Assembly: GCA_003564135.1 (NCBI GenBank)
Contig: PWNZ01000174.1
Location: 1 to 56,998 of the forward strand
DNA length: 56,998 nucleotides
Origin: Candidatus Cloacimonadota bacterium
Lineage (GTDB): Bacteria > Cloacimonadota > Cloacimonadia > Cloacimonadales > PWNZ01
Direction: 5' to 3'
Shown: positions 1-9,052 of the stretch, in pieces
How positions within the stretch are numbered: position 1 is the first letter of the stretch
Layout of the letters: each line of letters opens with the position of its first letter
Position numbers and translations under genes: made by a program
Notes under the pieces: generated by a model
Told to the model about the DNA's origin: nothing
The model's input: only the letters and a program-made list of their open reading frames with translations
Databases searched by the model: none

Positions 1-156
1 ACTTTTTAACCCGTGAAACCTTTTTTCTGTTTAACCGGGTCAGTCGGCAACTTTCTGCCAAAAAAAAGCACGAACCGAGTTTACGAGCTCGCCGGACGAA
101 GTACGGCAACTAATCTTTTTACGAGCTCGCCGGACGCAGTCAATATTATTGATAAG
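1..156 (+). repeat. Partial copy D (3' modules) of a modular intergenic repeat family; the window starts inside the element
   Basis: Bases 1-48 are the right part of a long hairpin (aacccgtgaaac / gtttaaccgggt, loop ttttttct). Next comes ggcaactttctgcc plus an A-run. A 38-bp unit tacgagctcgccggacgaagtacggcaactaatcttttt occupies 82-119, and a truncated second unit starts at 120. The copy ends cagtcaatattattgataag. It is near-identical to 56836-56998, and its tail matches 55011-55061. Confidence 0.85.
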
Positions 157-624
157 GTACTAATGCTTTAGGCTATTTCAGTCCCACAAGATGAACTATT
201 TTCCCTCGCCAATATCTTAATTAGCACCATACCTAGCTAGGCGATCAACACTGTCGGTTCTAATAATAATCAGGGTCGATGATGCCATCTGTAGCGGCAT
301 ATTCCCTGCGGGTAGGCGGGATCCATGAGCATCTCAATTGTAAATAACTGAATCCCAGGTTTTGTCAAATAAAGTTGGGAGATTACTTTAATAGTCGGGA
401 TTAGTAGAACTTGTAAAGAAGAAAAATATTGCTATCTGCTTTATGTTGTTTTGTTAATTTATAACAATATTCATTTATATACTTCTCTATGCCAATCTTT
501 ATTTAAGTGTGTAGTGCCCAAGATTGTGCATTAGTGCTTGATTAGTTGTTCTTGGTGTGCATTGCGGTCTCATTATTTGGGTTGACATCGAAACGTTCTT
601 TTATAGGTTGTTCGTCAACTTAAC

Positions 625-714
625 GGAGAGTTGCCGGAGTGGTTGATCGGGGCGGTCTCGAAAACCGTTGTGGGTTTGCGCCCACCCAGGGTTCGAATCC
701 CTGACTCTCCGCCA
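625..714 (+). tRNA. tRNA-Ser (anticodon CGA)
   Basis: Hand-folded cloverleaf. The acceptor stem GGAGAGT/ACTCTCC is perfect. The anticodon stem is GCGGT/ACCGT with loop CTCGAAA, giving anticodon CGA. There is a long variable arm TGTGGGTTTGCGCCCACC, a T arm CAGGG-TTCGAAT-CCCTG, and an encoded CCA end. Confidence 0.93.
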
Positions 715-793
715 TTATCCCACCGTAACTATCTTAAAGAAAGACAATCATCAAAGGCCAAACTAACATAAAACAAAGCTAAAGGTGCAGATT

Positions 794-1732
794 ATGACTA
801 ACAAAAGTAAGAATATAGTTTTAGTCAGTTACTTATATTGCTTCATCGGCATGTTCTTCTTTTCTACAACCGAGTTGGTAGGAAAGTTTGCCGGAATAGC
901 TATTTCTCCTGTGGTTATCACTATTGTCCGGTTTTTCATAGGCTCTGCACTGCTATTACCCTTCGCGTATAGCCAACAAACGGTTAAAAAAGGTACAATA
1001 AAGATCAAAGATCTGGTTTTCATGGGTTATCCGGGCATAATAAATGTTGCCGGAGCAATGTTGTTTCTTCAATTCGCTATTTACTATGGTACAGCTTCCA
1101 CCAGCGCCTTACTGATAAGCAGTAACCCTGTTTTTGTGGCTATTTTAGCGGTATTTGTTTTAGGGGAAAAGCTTAATCTTGGGAAGCTGCTGGGGATAGG
1201 GTTAGGCTTGGCAGGAATTGTTTTAGTTATTAAGGGTGATGATCCGTTAGGGTCTACTGCCATTGATCCGTTCTTGGGTCTGTTGTTCGGCATTTTAGCT
1301 TCATTCTTTTTCGCTCTCTATACGGTATTAGCTAAAAAAAGAATTGCAATATACGGCAACTTTTTCTTCAACACGATCTCTTTTGCAGTAGGATCCTCGG
1401 CTTTATTGATAATCTCTGTAGTGTTAAAACTCGATTTCACCTTCATCATTACCCGAGCTAACATTCTGCTCTTGATCTATATGGGGGTTTTTATTACCGG
1501 GGTGGCTTATATTTTCTTTTTCGCCGGTCTCAAGAATATCCCCGCTGCTAATGGGTCGATGTTTTTCTTTTTCAAGCCGATAATTGCTGTAGTACTTGCT
1601 TCGCTCTTTTTAGGTGAACAGGTCACTGTTTGGCAGGTAACGGGAATAGCTTTTATTTTGTCAGGCATCTACATAACCAATATCCGCAAGAAGCCTTCTA
1701 TTCGACGGGCTAATCGATCTTCTCTCGCTTGA
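794..1732 (+). CDS. DMT-superfamily (EamA-like) permease
   Basis: About 10 hydrophobic helices arranged as two similar halves, typical of EamA/RhaT transporters. AAGGTG lies 6 nt upstream of ATG 794. The ORF track opens at GTG 785. Confidence 0.85.
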   Translation: MTNKSKNIVLVSYLYCFIGMFFFSTTELVGKFAGIAISPVVITIVRFFIGSALLLPFAYSQQTVKKGTIKIKDLVFMGYPGIINVAGAMLFLQFAIYYGTASTSALLISSNPVFVAILAVFVLGEKLNLGKLLGIGLGLAGIVLVIKGDDPLGSTAIDPFLGLLFGILASFFFALYTVLAKKRIAIYGNFFFNTISFAVGSSALLIISVVLKLDFTFIITRANILLLIYMGVFITGVAYIFFFAGLKNIPAANGSMFFFFKPIIAVVLASLFLGEQVTVWQVTGIAFILSGIYITNIRKKPSIRRANRSSLA

Positions 1733-1970
1733 TAAGTGTATAATAATTGCCGCTATTTTTCTTAGACACATTTCCCTGCGGAACTTCTGTTAATTCTATT
1801 TCCGTCAAGTAACCATAGACAGAGAACTCGATCTTATCATCAGCTTGGACTGTACTGCTCGCTTTGACCGGCTCACCATTAATAATCACAAGTCCTCTAT
1901 CACACAAGTTCTTTGCAATATTCCGGCTTTTGAGCAGGCATAACTTATTCAATAGAATATCTACTCGCAT
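1710..1970 (-). CDS. Small S4-domain RNA-binding protein (Hsp15/YbcJ-like)
   Basis: 86 aa. The N-terminus MRVDILLNKLCLLKSRNIAKNLCDRGLVIINGEPVKAS fits the S4 alpha-L motif. A GAGGAG SD lies 5 nt upstream. The 3' end overlaps the convergent permease gene by 23 nt. Confidence 0.7.
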   Translation of the reverse strand: MRVDILLNKLCLLKSRNIAKNLCDRGLVIINGEPVKASSTVQADDKIEFSVYGYLTEIELTEVPQGNVSKKNSGNYYTLIKREKID

Positions 1971-2150
1971 TAGATCTCCTCACAATTTTTTAGAGAATAT
2001 TTTTGTCAGCTAACTGTTCTTGTCAATCTTAGTCGTGCAAAGTGGTCAGTAGAAAACAGATTATTTATATTGACATGAAGAGAAAGGACTGCTTGGTGTC
2101 TAATTCTATCTACGTGATAAAGGCAAAAATAAAAAACTGGAGATAACATT

Positions 2151-2867
2151 ATGAAAGTAACCATTTTTAACGGAAGTCCTCGCGGAAGAAAAAGTAACAG
2201 CCACATAATCGCTGAATCAATCTTGAAAGGGGCAGCTAAAGCAGGTGCCGATACGGAAGAAGTTTTCCTTATAGAAAAAGATATCAAGCAATGTCGCGGA
2301 TGTTTTGATTGCTGGGGCAAGACTCCCGGAATCTGTTCAATTAGAGACGAGATGGCCGAACTAATAGAAAAGTTTTTAGGTTCCGACTATGCCGGTATGG
2401 CTACTCCTGTGTATGGAATGCTGATGACTGCATTACTCAAGAATTTCACCGATAGATTCCTTCCATTGGCGACACCGCACATTAGACGCAATCAAGACGG
2501 TAGTTTTTACCATGACGGCCGAGTTAAGCGATTCCCCGGACAGTTTTACATTGCGAACTCCGGTTTCCCCGGCGAAAATAACTTTGATATGCTTAAAGCC
2601 TATATGCAACTACAACACTTCGTATTAGAGATATACCGTAATTGTGGTGAAGCACTACAGCCAACCGAAACCGAAAAACCGGAGATTGTAGATTCGGTCA
2701 ATAATTTTAAGCAGCTATTGGAACAAGCTGGCGAGCAGATGGTTCTTAACGGAACAGTTTGTGATAAACTGTTAGATAAAATTCATGCTCCCTTGATTAG
2801 CGATGAAGAATACATGGAACAAGCAAATAAACAGTGGGACGAGCAATTAGGTAAGAATGGCAGATAG
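2151..2867 (+). CDS. Flavodoxin-fold NAD(P)H-dependent FMN reductase / iron-sulfur flavoprotein (Isf)-like
   Basis: MKVTIFNGSPRG is the N-terminal flavodoxin-like FMN loop. The compact cysteine motif CRGCFDCWGKTPGIC (C-x2-C-x2-C-x7-C) resembles the Isf 4Fe-4S motif. A GGAG SD is present. Confidence 0.7.
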   Translation: MKVTIFNGSPRGRKSNSHIIAESILKGAAKAGADTEEVFLIEKDIKQCRGCFDCWGKTPGICSIRDEMAELIEKFLGSDYAGMATPVYGMLMTALLKNFTDRFLPLATPHIRRNQDGSFYHDGRVKRFPGQFYIANSGFPGENNFDMLKAYMQLQHFVLEIYRNCGEALQPTETEKPEIVDSVNNFKQLLEQAGEQMVLNGTVCDKLLDKIHAPLISDEEYMEQANKQWDEQLGKNGR

Positions 2868-3098
2868 CATTATCAAAAAGAAAATCTAAAGTAGTAACAA
2901 ACGGGTGATAGATTGGAGCTAGAGCTTTATAGCTTTTATTTTCTGTACAGTTTTCGGGCAGCTTTCTGACCCCGGTTTGATATTATATTGACAAATAACA
3001 AGGCTTCAGCAATCAGTTTTAACTAGTAAAATTCTGGAGTCAACGTATCTGAATTATTTTAGCAACGAACAATGGTTCAATGGAGATTAAGAAAATAG

Positions 3099-3749
3099 AT
3101 GTTCACTTACTTGGATGTATTTAAGAAAAACTTCTACCGCAATAAAGGACAGAAGCTGCTACTGCGCGGACGTCCTGAACAAGCATATCCTTATCTGGAA
3201 GCAGCTTTGATGATGGATATAGATCCCCACAATATGTATAACCTAGCATTAGCTTTTTTAGCTATGCAAAAGTATGACGAAGCCGAAGCGTTTTTAACAA
3301 AGATAGTAGAGAGAGCACCCGATAACGCCTTAGCCGTTCTTACACTATCTGACCTGTATACCCAGCGCAGGGATTGGGACAAAGCTTTAGAGATCATGGA
3401 TAGACTGTGCAAGGCATATCCTAATAATCCGGTCTATAAGAAATATTTGCTTGTTATCTCAGATCCCAAGCGGAGAGAAAATTATATCAAGGCTAAAGAG
3501 TTGTTAAATAAGGGCCAAAAAGATATTCTGTCGGGTAATGTGGATGCAGCTTATAACAGTCTTAAGCAAGCTGTGAAGTTAGACCCGGAAAACCCGTATA
3601 TACATAACAATTTAGGGTCGATATGTCTACGAGCTAAAAACGATCCCAAAAAGGCTTTTGAGCACTTTCATAAAGCATATCAGTTGAATCCAAATAGCAA
3701 AGCCTTCAAAGAAAACTTAGAAAAAACACGAAAGCTGATAGCAAATTAG
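3099..3749 (+). CDS. Tetratricopeptide-repeat (TPR) protein
   Basis: Repeated 34-aa A/Y/L/P patterns (e.g. AYPYLEAAL..DP.., YNLALAFLAMQKYDEAEAFLTKIVERAPDN, FEHFHKAYQLNPNS). A GGAG SD is present. Confidence 0.75.
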   Translation: MFTYLDVFKKNFYRNKGQKLLLRGRPEQAYPYLEAALMMDIDPHNMYNLALAFLAMQKYDEAEAFLTKIVERAPDNALAVLTLSDLYTQRRDWDKALEIMDRLCKAYPNNPVYKKYLLVISDPKRRENYIKAKELLNKGQKDILSGNVDAAYNSLKQAVKLDPENPYIHNNLGSICLRAKNDPKKAFEHFHKAYQLNPNSKAFKENLEKTRKLIAN

Positions 3750-3753
3750 AAAA

Positions 3754-4257
3754 GTGGGCAGGAAAAGAAAAAACAAACGTTTAGCACCCATTTTGTGGAT
3801 TATACTACTGATATTTTTAGTTTATAACCCTGTATCAGTTAGAATTATGGCAGTCACTGCTGCAGCTGCTCATGGAGTGGATACCGTTATCTTTTACAGT
3901 TTAATAGCAGCAGAGAGCTCGTTTAACAGCTTTGCTTATTCCGGAAAAAGAGCTATAGGTTTGGGGCAGGTGTTGCCTACAACTGCGAGATACATATACC
4001 GTTATTACCTGCCAGGGATATTGTTTTTTCCACCTGCTAACTTGCATATATCAGCGAAGTATTACCGTTATTTATTGGATAAGTACGGGGGTAATCATTC
4101 ACTATCCTTGGCTGCTTATAACTGGGGTGAAGGTAATGTTGATAGGAAACTTCGGGAAGAGAGTATTTTTATATCTCCTGATGCGGATTATCGTGTTCTG
4201 TTTCGAGGCGTACCGGAAACCTATCATTACATATATAGGATCCTTGACGGTAAATGA
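3754..4257 (+). CDS. Membrane-anchored lytic transglycosylase (SLT domain)
   Basis: Contains the catalytic-Glu motif AESSFN, then GLGQV and AAYNWGEGNV, the three SLT family-1 signature blocks. There is an N-terminal signal anchor. The start codon is GTG. Confidence 0.82.
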   Translation: MGRKRKNKRLAPILWIILLIFLVYNPVSVRIMAVTAAAAHGVDTVIFYSLIAAESSFNSFAYSGKRAIGLGQVLPTTARYIYRYYLPGILFFPPANLHISAKYYRYLLDKYGGNHSLSLAAYNWGEGNVDRKLREESIFISPDADYRVLFRGVPETYHYIYRILDGK

Positions 4258-4280
4258 TTTAATAAACGAAGGTGTAAAAA

Positions 4281-6173
4281 ATGAGTAAGATCAAAGTTTT
4301 AGCCGAAGAAGTTACTAATAAGATCGCCGCCGGTGAGATAATTGAACGACCGGCATCGATAGTTAAAGAGTTGGTTGAGAATTCCATAGATGCCGAAGCC
4401 TCTAAGATTACCGTTATCTTAGAAAAAGGGGGTAAGAAACGGATCGAAATCATTGACGACGGTGTGGGCATGGATGAGGAGGACGCCTTATTAGCCTTGG
4501 AAAGGCATGCAACCAGCAAGATCCGTAAAGTAGAAGACATAATCTGTATATCTTCAATGGGGTTTAGGGGTGAAGCTATGCCCAGTATTGCTTCCGTCAG
4601 CAACATGACAATAACAACTAAGACTGATAGTTCTCAAACTGCTACTAACATCGAAATCGATGGGGGAAGGATACATAATGTCCGGCAATGCTCGGCCAAT
4701 AGAGGGACAAATATTAAAATTACCAGGCTCTTTGAAAACCTGCCGGCCAGGAAAAAGTTTCTTAAATCAGAACCGGTCGAACTGCGGCATATAACCAACT
4801 ATATTCATTATCAGGCTCTTGCTTTTCCCCAAGTTGGTTTTCGTTTGATACATAATGAAAAAGAAAGGTTACATTATCCGGCAGTTAGAGAAAACATGAA
4901 CCGCTATACTGCCGTTTTAGGGAGCAGTTTTTTGCAAGAAAACTTACTTCGGATAGAGGAACAGATTGATAAGGTCTCTGTTCACGGCTTTATATCGTCT
5001 TTAGAGGAGAGCGGTAGCAAGATGAGTGACTTTCGTTATCTTTTTATTAATAATAGGTTTATTAAGGACCGGATAATAATGCATGCTATACATATGGCGT
5101 ATGAGCCGTTTATTAAGAAGCTCAGAATATATAACCAAGGGAAGCTACCACCATTTATACTTTTCTTAAATATCGACCCGGAATTGGTTGATGTAAATGT
5201 CCATCCGGCCAAAAATGAAGTTAGATTCAGAGACGCTCAATTTGTTCACAGTTTTGTCAAAAACTCTATCACAAATGAGTTGTTGAGATATCAAGAAGAA
5301 AAATTCCAGCTACCATCACAAGATAAACAAGCAAATGAAGAAACCACTGGTGAGGAACTTGAGCTAACGGAAAATGCAGAGAATAATCCTGCTGCTGAAA
5401 AGCCTACATTGCCAGCCAGCGAGTATGGTAGTCAGGCAGATCTTATGGTCAAGAAATTCGGGCATAAACAGAATATTTTGCAAGATTTATTTCAGCCTAA
5501 CATCTTTACGGGTAATCAGATGAGACGAGATCCGGTAATTCCGTCTTTCGAACATAAAGGACATCCGTCAGACATTCATTTGCCGGAAGAAGAGGAGTTG
5601 GTCAACCCCTGGCAACTTCACGAGTCTTATGTACTAATGCAATCTGAGGATGGCTTGATAATGATTGACCAACATGCTGCTCACGAACGCATTATATATG
5701 AAAAAATACTTCATAGGATGTCGGGTACACCCGCTACATCTCAGCAATTGCTGTTTCCGGTTGTGATCGATATTCCGCCAATTTTGGCCGATACAGTCGA
5801 TCAACTGTTGGAAGATAATGCCGATCTTCTGACTAAGATTGGATTTATACTGTCATCTTTTAGCGGGAACTCAATAGTGATCAATGAGATACCTGCTGAA
5901 CTAAGTGACTTCGAAGGTGGTGAAATATTTAAAGACTTACTATTCCAGTTACAAGATGAATTTAATCAAACAAAAGATTTTCGGGATAGTATAGCCAAAG
6001 CTGTGTCTTGTAAAGCAGCCATAAAAATCAATAAGCGGCTAGGAAAAAAAGAGATGCTAAAATTAATAAATGACCTCTTTGCTTGTCAAGTGCCTTGGTT
6101 TTGTCCACATGGCAGGCCTGTTTTGATCAAAATGACCTTGCAGGAGTTCGAGCGGCGATTTAAGAGAATATGA
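4281..6173 (+). CDS. mutL: DNA mismatch repair protein MutL
   Basis: GHKL ATPase motifs IAAGEIIERPASIVKELVENSIDA, DDGVGM and GFRGEA. The C-terminal dimerisation domain contains the QHAAHERI and CPHGRP endonuclease-type motifs. Confidence 0.97.
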   Translation: MSKIKVLAEEVTNKIAAGEIIERPASIVKELVENSIDAEASKITVILEKGGKKRIEIIDDGVGMDEEDALLALERHATSKIRKVEDIICISSMGFRGEAMPSIASVSNMTITTKTDSSQTATNIEIDGGRIHNVRQCSANRGTNIKITRLFENLPARKKFLKSEPVELRHITNYIHYQALAFPQVGFRLIHNEKERLHYPAVRENMNRYTAVLGSSFLQENLLRIEEQIDKVSVHGFISSLEESGSKMSDFRYLFINNRFIKDRIIMHAIHMAYEPFIKKLRIYNQGKLPPFILFLNIDPELVDVNVHPAKNEVRFRDAQFVHSFVKNSITNELLRYQEEKFQLPSQDKQANEETTGEELELTENAENNPAAEKPTLPASEYGSQADLMVKKFGHKQNILQDLFQPNIFTGNQMRRDPVIPSFEHKGHPSDIHLPEEEELVNPWQLHESYVLMQSEDGLIMIDQHAAHERIIYEKILHRMSGTPATSQQLLFPVVIDIPPILADTVDQLLEDNADLLTKIGFILSSFSGNSIVINEIPAELSDFEGGEIFKDLLFQLQDEFNQTKDFRDSIAKAVSCKAAIKINKRLGKKEMLKLINDLFACQVPWFCPHGRPVLIKMTLQEFERRFKRI

Positions 6174-7126
6174 AAGAACTTATACCTTTAATAATCATAG
6201 AAGGGCCAACCGGCAGTGGGAAAAGTGGTTTAGCTATGAAGTTAGCTAAATTTCTTAATACGGAGATCATATCTGCCGACTCTAGGCAGATCTATCGTTA
6301 TATGGATATAGGGACTTCCAAGCCTACAATTAAAGACAGAGAGGAGGTTAGCCACCACTTAATTGATATTATTGATCCCGACACGGAATATAGTGCCGGT
6401 AGGTTTGTTTCTGATGCTACAGTTGCTATCAAAACTGTTCACGATAAAGAAAATCAATTGCGAAGTAAAGACCAAAATAGCAGAATACCAATCATAGTCG
6501 GAGGAACAGGGTTTTACATCCAAGCATTGTTGCAAGGGCTTTGTGAAGCACCTGCTGTTAATGAAGGCATCCGCCAAGAACTAGACCGCTATGAACATGA
6601 GAAAGGATCTGAATATTTGTATTCGGTTCTGGAGAAAGTCGATCCTGAATCGGCCCTTAAGGTACACCCAAACGATACTTACCGTCTGAAGCGAGCTTTA
6701 GAAGTTTGGATAGCTACGGGGAAAAAGCTTAGTACACACTGGATGGAGCAGGAAAAGCAGGAGAAGAAATACAATGTATTTAGAATATATGTTGATATTG
6801 ACAGGGATGAACTCTATAGACGAATCGGGATTAGGTTGGAAAAAATGATAGAAAAAGGATTGATTAACGAAATTAAAAAGTTGCTTGACAAAGGATACCG
6901 ATATAATGATCCGGGACTTACATCTGTTGGCTATAAAGAGTTCTTGCCATTTATCTTAGAAAACAAATCTTTCCTCGAAAGTATGGAACAAGCTAAGAAA
7001 AATACAAGAAATTACGCAAAACGACAGGTGACTTGGTACCGAAAGCGGAGCTACAATTTAAAGGTCAACCCCTGTAAGGTGAAGGTCAAAGAAATCCATG
7101 AACTGATAAGAAACTACTTTGACTGA
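6170..7126 (+). CDS. miaA: tRNA dimethylallyltransferase MiaA
   Basis: P-loop GPTGSGKS, then SADSRQIYRYMDIGTSKP and GGTGFY. The start codon overlaps the mutL stop (ATGA). mutL-miaA synteny is classical. Confidence 0.95.
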   Translation: MKELIPLIIIEGPTGSGKSGLAMKLAKFLNTEIISADSRQIYRYMDIGTSKPTIKDREEVSHHLIDIIDPDTEYSAGRFVSDATVAIKTVHDKENQLRSKDQNSRIPIIVGGTGFYIQALLQGLCEAPAVNEGIRQELDRYEHEKGSEYLYSVLEKVDPESALKVHPNDTYRLKRALEVWIATGKKLSTHWMEQEKQEKKYNVFRIYVDIDRDELYRRIGIRLEKMIEKGLINEIKKLLDKGYRYNDPGLTSVGYKEFLPFILENKSFLESMEQAKKNTRNYAKRQVTWYRKRSYNLKVNPCKVKVKEIHELIRNYFD

Positions 7127-7204
7127 ATCAAATAAGGTATTACCTTATTTAGACGACCTGCTAAAATTATAAAGGGAAAAGAGATTTAAGGGATAGAGGT
7201 AGAA

Positions 7205-8065
7205 ATGACACTAATCAAGGTTGATGATTATGAAATAACAGAACAGGAGTTTTGCTCCGAACTGTTTACGTTATGTAGAGATAAAGGGATAGAAAAACCA
7301 GACCATAAAACCATAGAAGAAGCTGTTAATAACCTTGTTGAGGGCTTTATAGTGCTTAAAGAAGCACGGGCTAAGGGCGTTGAAGTAACTGAAGATGAAG
7401 TCGAGAAAGAATTGTTAGACCTTATGGTTGGGTTCGATTCACCTGATCAGTATAATGAGTTCTTAGAATTCTTAAAAACATCGCCTGAAATAGTTGAAAA
7501 ACACTTACAAGACAAACTGATTATACGTAAGTTCCTCAATGCGAATCATGATATGTATTGTACCTGTAGTGAAGAAAAATTAAGACTATTTTATGAAGAA
7601 AACATCGACTCCTTCAGATTAAAAGAAGTTATTCGAGTCTCTCATATTTTGATCAAACCTGAAATGGGAATGGAAAAAGCTGTACAAGTCAGAAGCAATA
7701 TTAAAACTCCTGAAGATTTTAGCCGGGTAGTGGGCTGCTGCTCAGATTGCCCTAGTTGTTCTCAGGCAGGTGACTTAGGGTATATCCAAAAAGGTAAAAT
7801 GGTGCCCGAGTTTGACCGAGCAGCCTTTAGTTTAGATGTGAACGAGATAAGCAAACCTATTGCCACAGAGTATGGTTTCCATATAATTATGCTTACTGAT
7901 AAGAAAAAAGAAATAACTTTGCCTTTCGATCAAGTAAAGGACCTCTTGAAAAAACGGCTCTGTAAAATAGAAAATGAGATAGAAACAATCGAAATGATCC
8001 AAGAACTAAAAATGAAAGCCGCTATCTTTGTTAGTGATGATATTTGGCTTTATGCTAATGAATAG
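7205..8065 (+). CDS. Parvulin-type peptidyl-prolyl isomerase (PpiC/SurA-like)
   Basis: Rotamase block VSHILIK...CSDCPSCSQAGDLGYIQKGKMVPEFDRAAF...GFHIIML. A GAGG SD is present. Confidence 0.85.
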   Translation: MTLIKVDDYEITEQEFCSELFTLCRDKGIEKPDHKTIEEAVNNLVEGFIVLKEARAKGVEVTEDEVEKELLDLMVGFDSPDQYNEFLEFLKTSPEIVEKHLQDKLIIRKFLNANHDMYCTCSEEKLRLFYEENIDSFRLKEVIRVSHILIKPEMGMEKAVQVRSNIKTPEDFSRVVGCCSDCPSCSQAGDLGYIQKGKMVPEFDRAAFSLDVNEISKPIATEYGFHIIMLTDKKKEITLPFDQVKDLLKKRLCKIENEIETIEMIQELKMKAAIFVSDDIWLYANE

Positions 8066-8204
8066 TCCTCTTAATAACAACAGGTTTTTTCTTAGATTAA
8101 TTGTCGCTTAACAGCGTATCAATGAGTCTTATCAAAAAAATCACTATACAGGATTGCAAGAGAGGTTTTCTTGGTGTTAAAAAATAACACAATAAGGAGA
8201 TGAA

Positions 8205-8912
8205 ATGGCAGAATTAGGTGTAAATATTGACCATGTTGCCACTTTAAGGCAAACTAGAATGGGATTGGAGCCCGAACCGGTTTATGCTGCTATGATTGCG
8301 GAACAAAATGGAGCCGATCAAATAACAATTCACCTGAGAGAAGACCGAAGACATATACAACTTCGAGACCTAAAAACATTGAAAAATACCATCCAGACCA
8401 GATTGAATTTAGAAATGGCTCTGACTACCGAGATTATAGCAATTGCTAAGTCCGTTAAACCTCACACAGTCACTCTTGTCCCGGAAAAAAGAGAGGAACT
8501 AACTACTGAAGGCGGGCTTAATCTTCACATCAAAAACATCGAGGGGAAAATCAAAGAGTTGCAAGACGCCGGTTTAGAGGTAAGCCTATTCTTAGAACCG
8601 GAAGCAGAGATGATTCGTCTAGCAGATCGCTTAAAAGTTAGCGCAGTAGAAATACATACGGGTACCTATGCTAATACTAAAACACTCCAAGAGGCTGAGA
8701 ACCAGATAGCACGTATCGCTAAAGCAGCTAAGCTGATTAAGTCGTCCGGAATGAGAGTAGTTGCCGGACATGGTTTGAACTATCATAACGTTCAGGCTCT
8801 GGTGGATCTGGGAACTATTGAAGAGTTTAATATCGGGCACAGCATTGTTTCCAGAGCAGTTTTTACCGGTATGGCTGAAGCTGTCGCCACAATGAAAATA
8901 CTCATTAGCTAA
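8205..8912 (+). CDS. pdxJ: Pyridoxine 5'-phosphate synthase PdxJ
   Basis: LGVNIDHVATLRQTR, ITIHLREDRRHI, LVPE and HAGHGLNY are characteristic PdxJ blocks. A GGAG SD is present. Confidence 0.95.
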   Translation: MAELGVNIDHVATLRQTRMGLEPEPVYAAMIAEQNGADQITIHLREDRRHIQLRDLKTLKNTIQTRLNLEMALTTEIIAIAKSVKPHTVTLVPEKREELTTEGGLNLHIKNIEGKIKELQDAGLEVSLFLEPEAEMIRLADRLKVSAVEIHTGTYANTKTLQEAENQIARIAKAAKLIKSSGMRVVAGHGLNYHNVQALVDLGTIEEFNIGHSIVSRAVFTGMAEAVATMKILIS

Positions 8913-8952
8913 CGAGTCAATAAGCTCAGCTTATCCTGTTAGCAGGTAGATT

Positions 8953-8979
8953 TTGAGGGGGCATTATTTGCCCTCTCAA
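8953..8979. other. 11-bp GC-rich hairpin between convergent pdxJ and the C25/deiminase gene
   Basis: ttgagggggca-ttatt-tgccctctcaa. There is no U-tract downstream on either strand, so this is not a canonical intrinsic terminator. Confidence 0.35.
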
Positions 8980-9052
8980 ACCAAATCAGCACAATAATTA
9001 AGAAAACTTCTTCGGTTGTCACCATTTACGCACTTTTAAAAGAACGAGATAA

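Noticed and set aside
582-610. Sigma-70-like promoter for tRNA-Ser (TTGACA at 582-587)
   Set aside because: The -35 hexamer is perfect, but no acceptable -10 sits at a 16-18 nt spacing (TATAGG at 14 nt, TAGGTT at 16 nt). TTGACA also recurs upstream of many genes here without a clear -10. I cannot call promoters reliably without knowing the lineage consensus.
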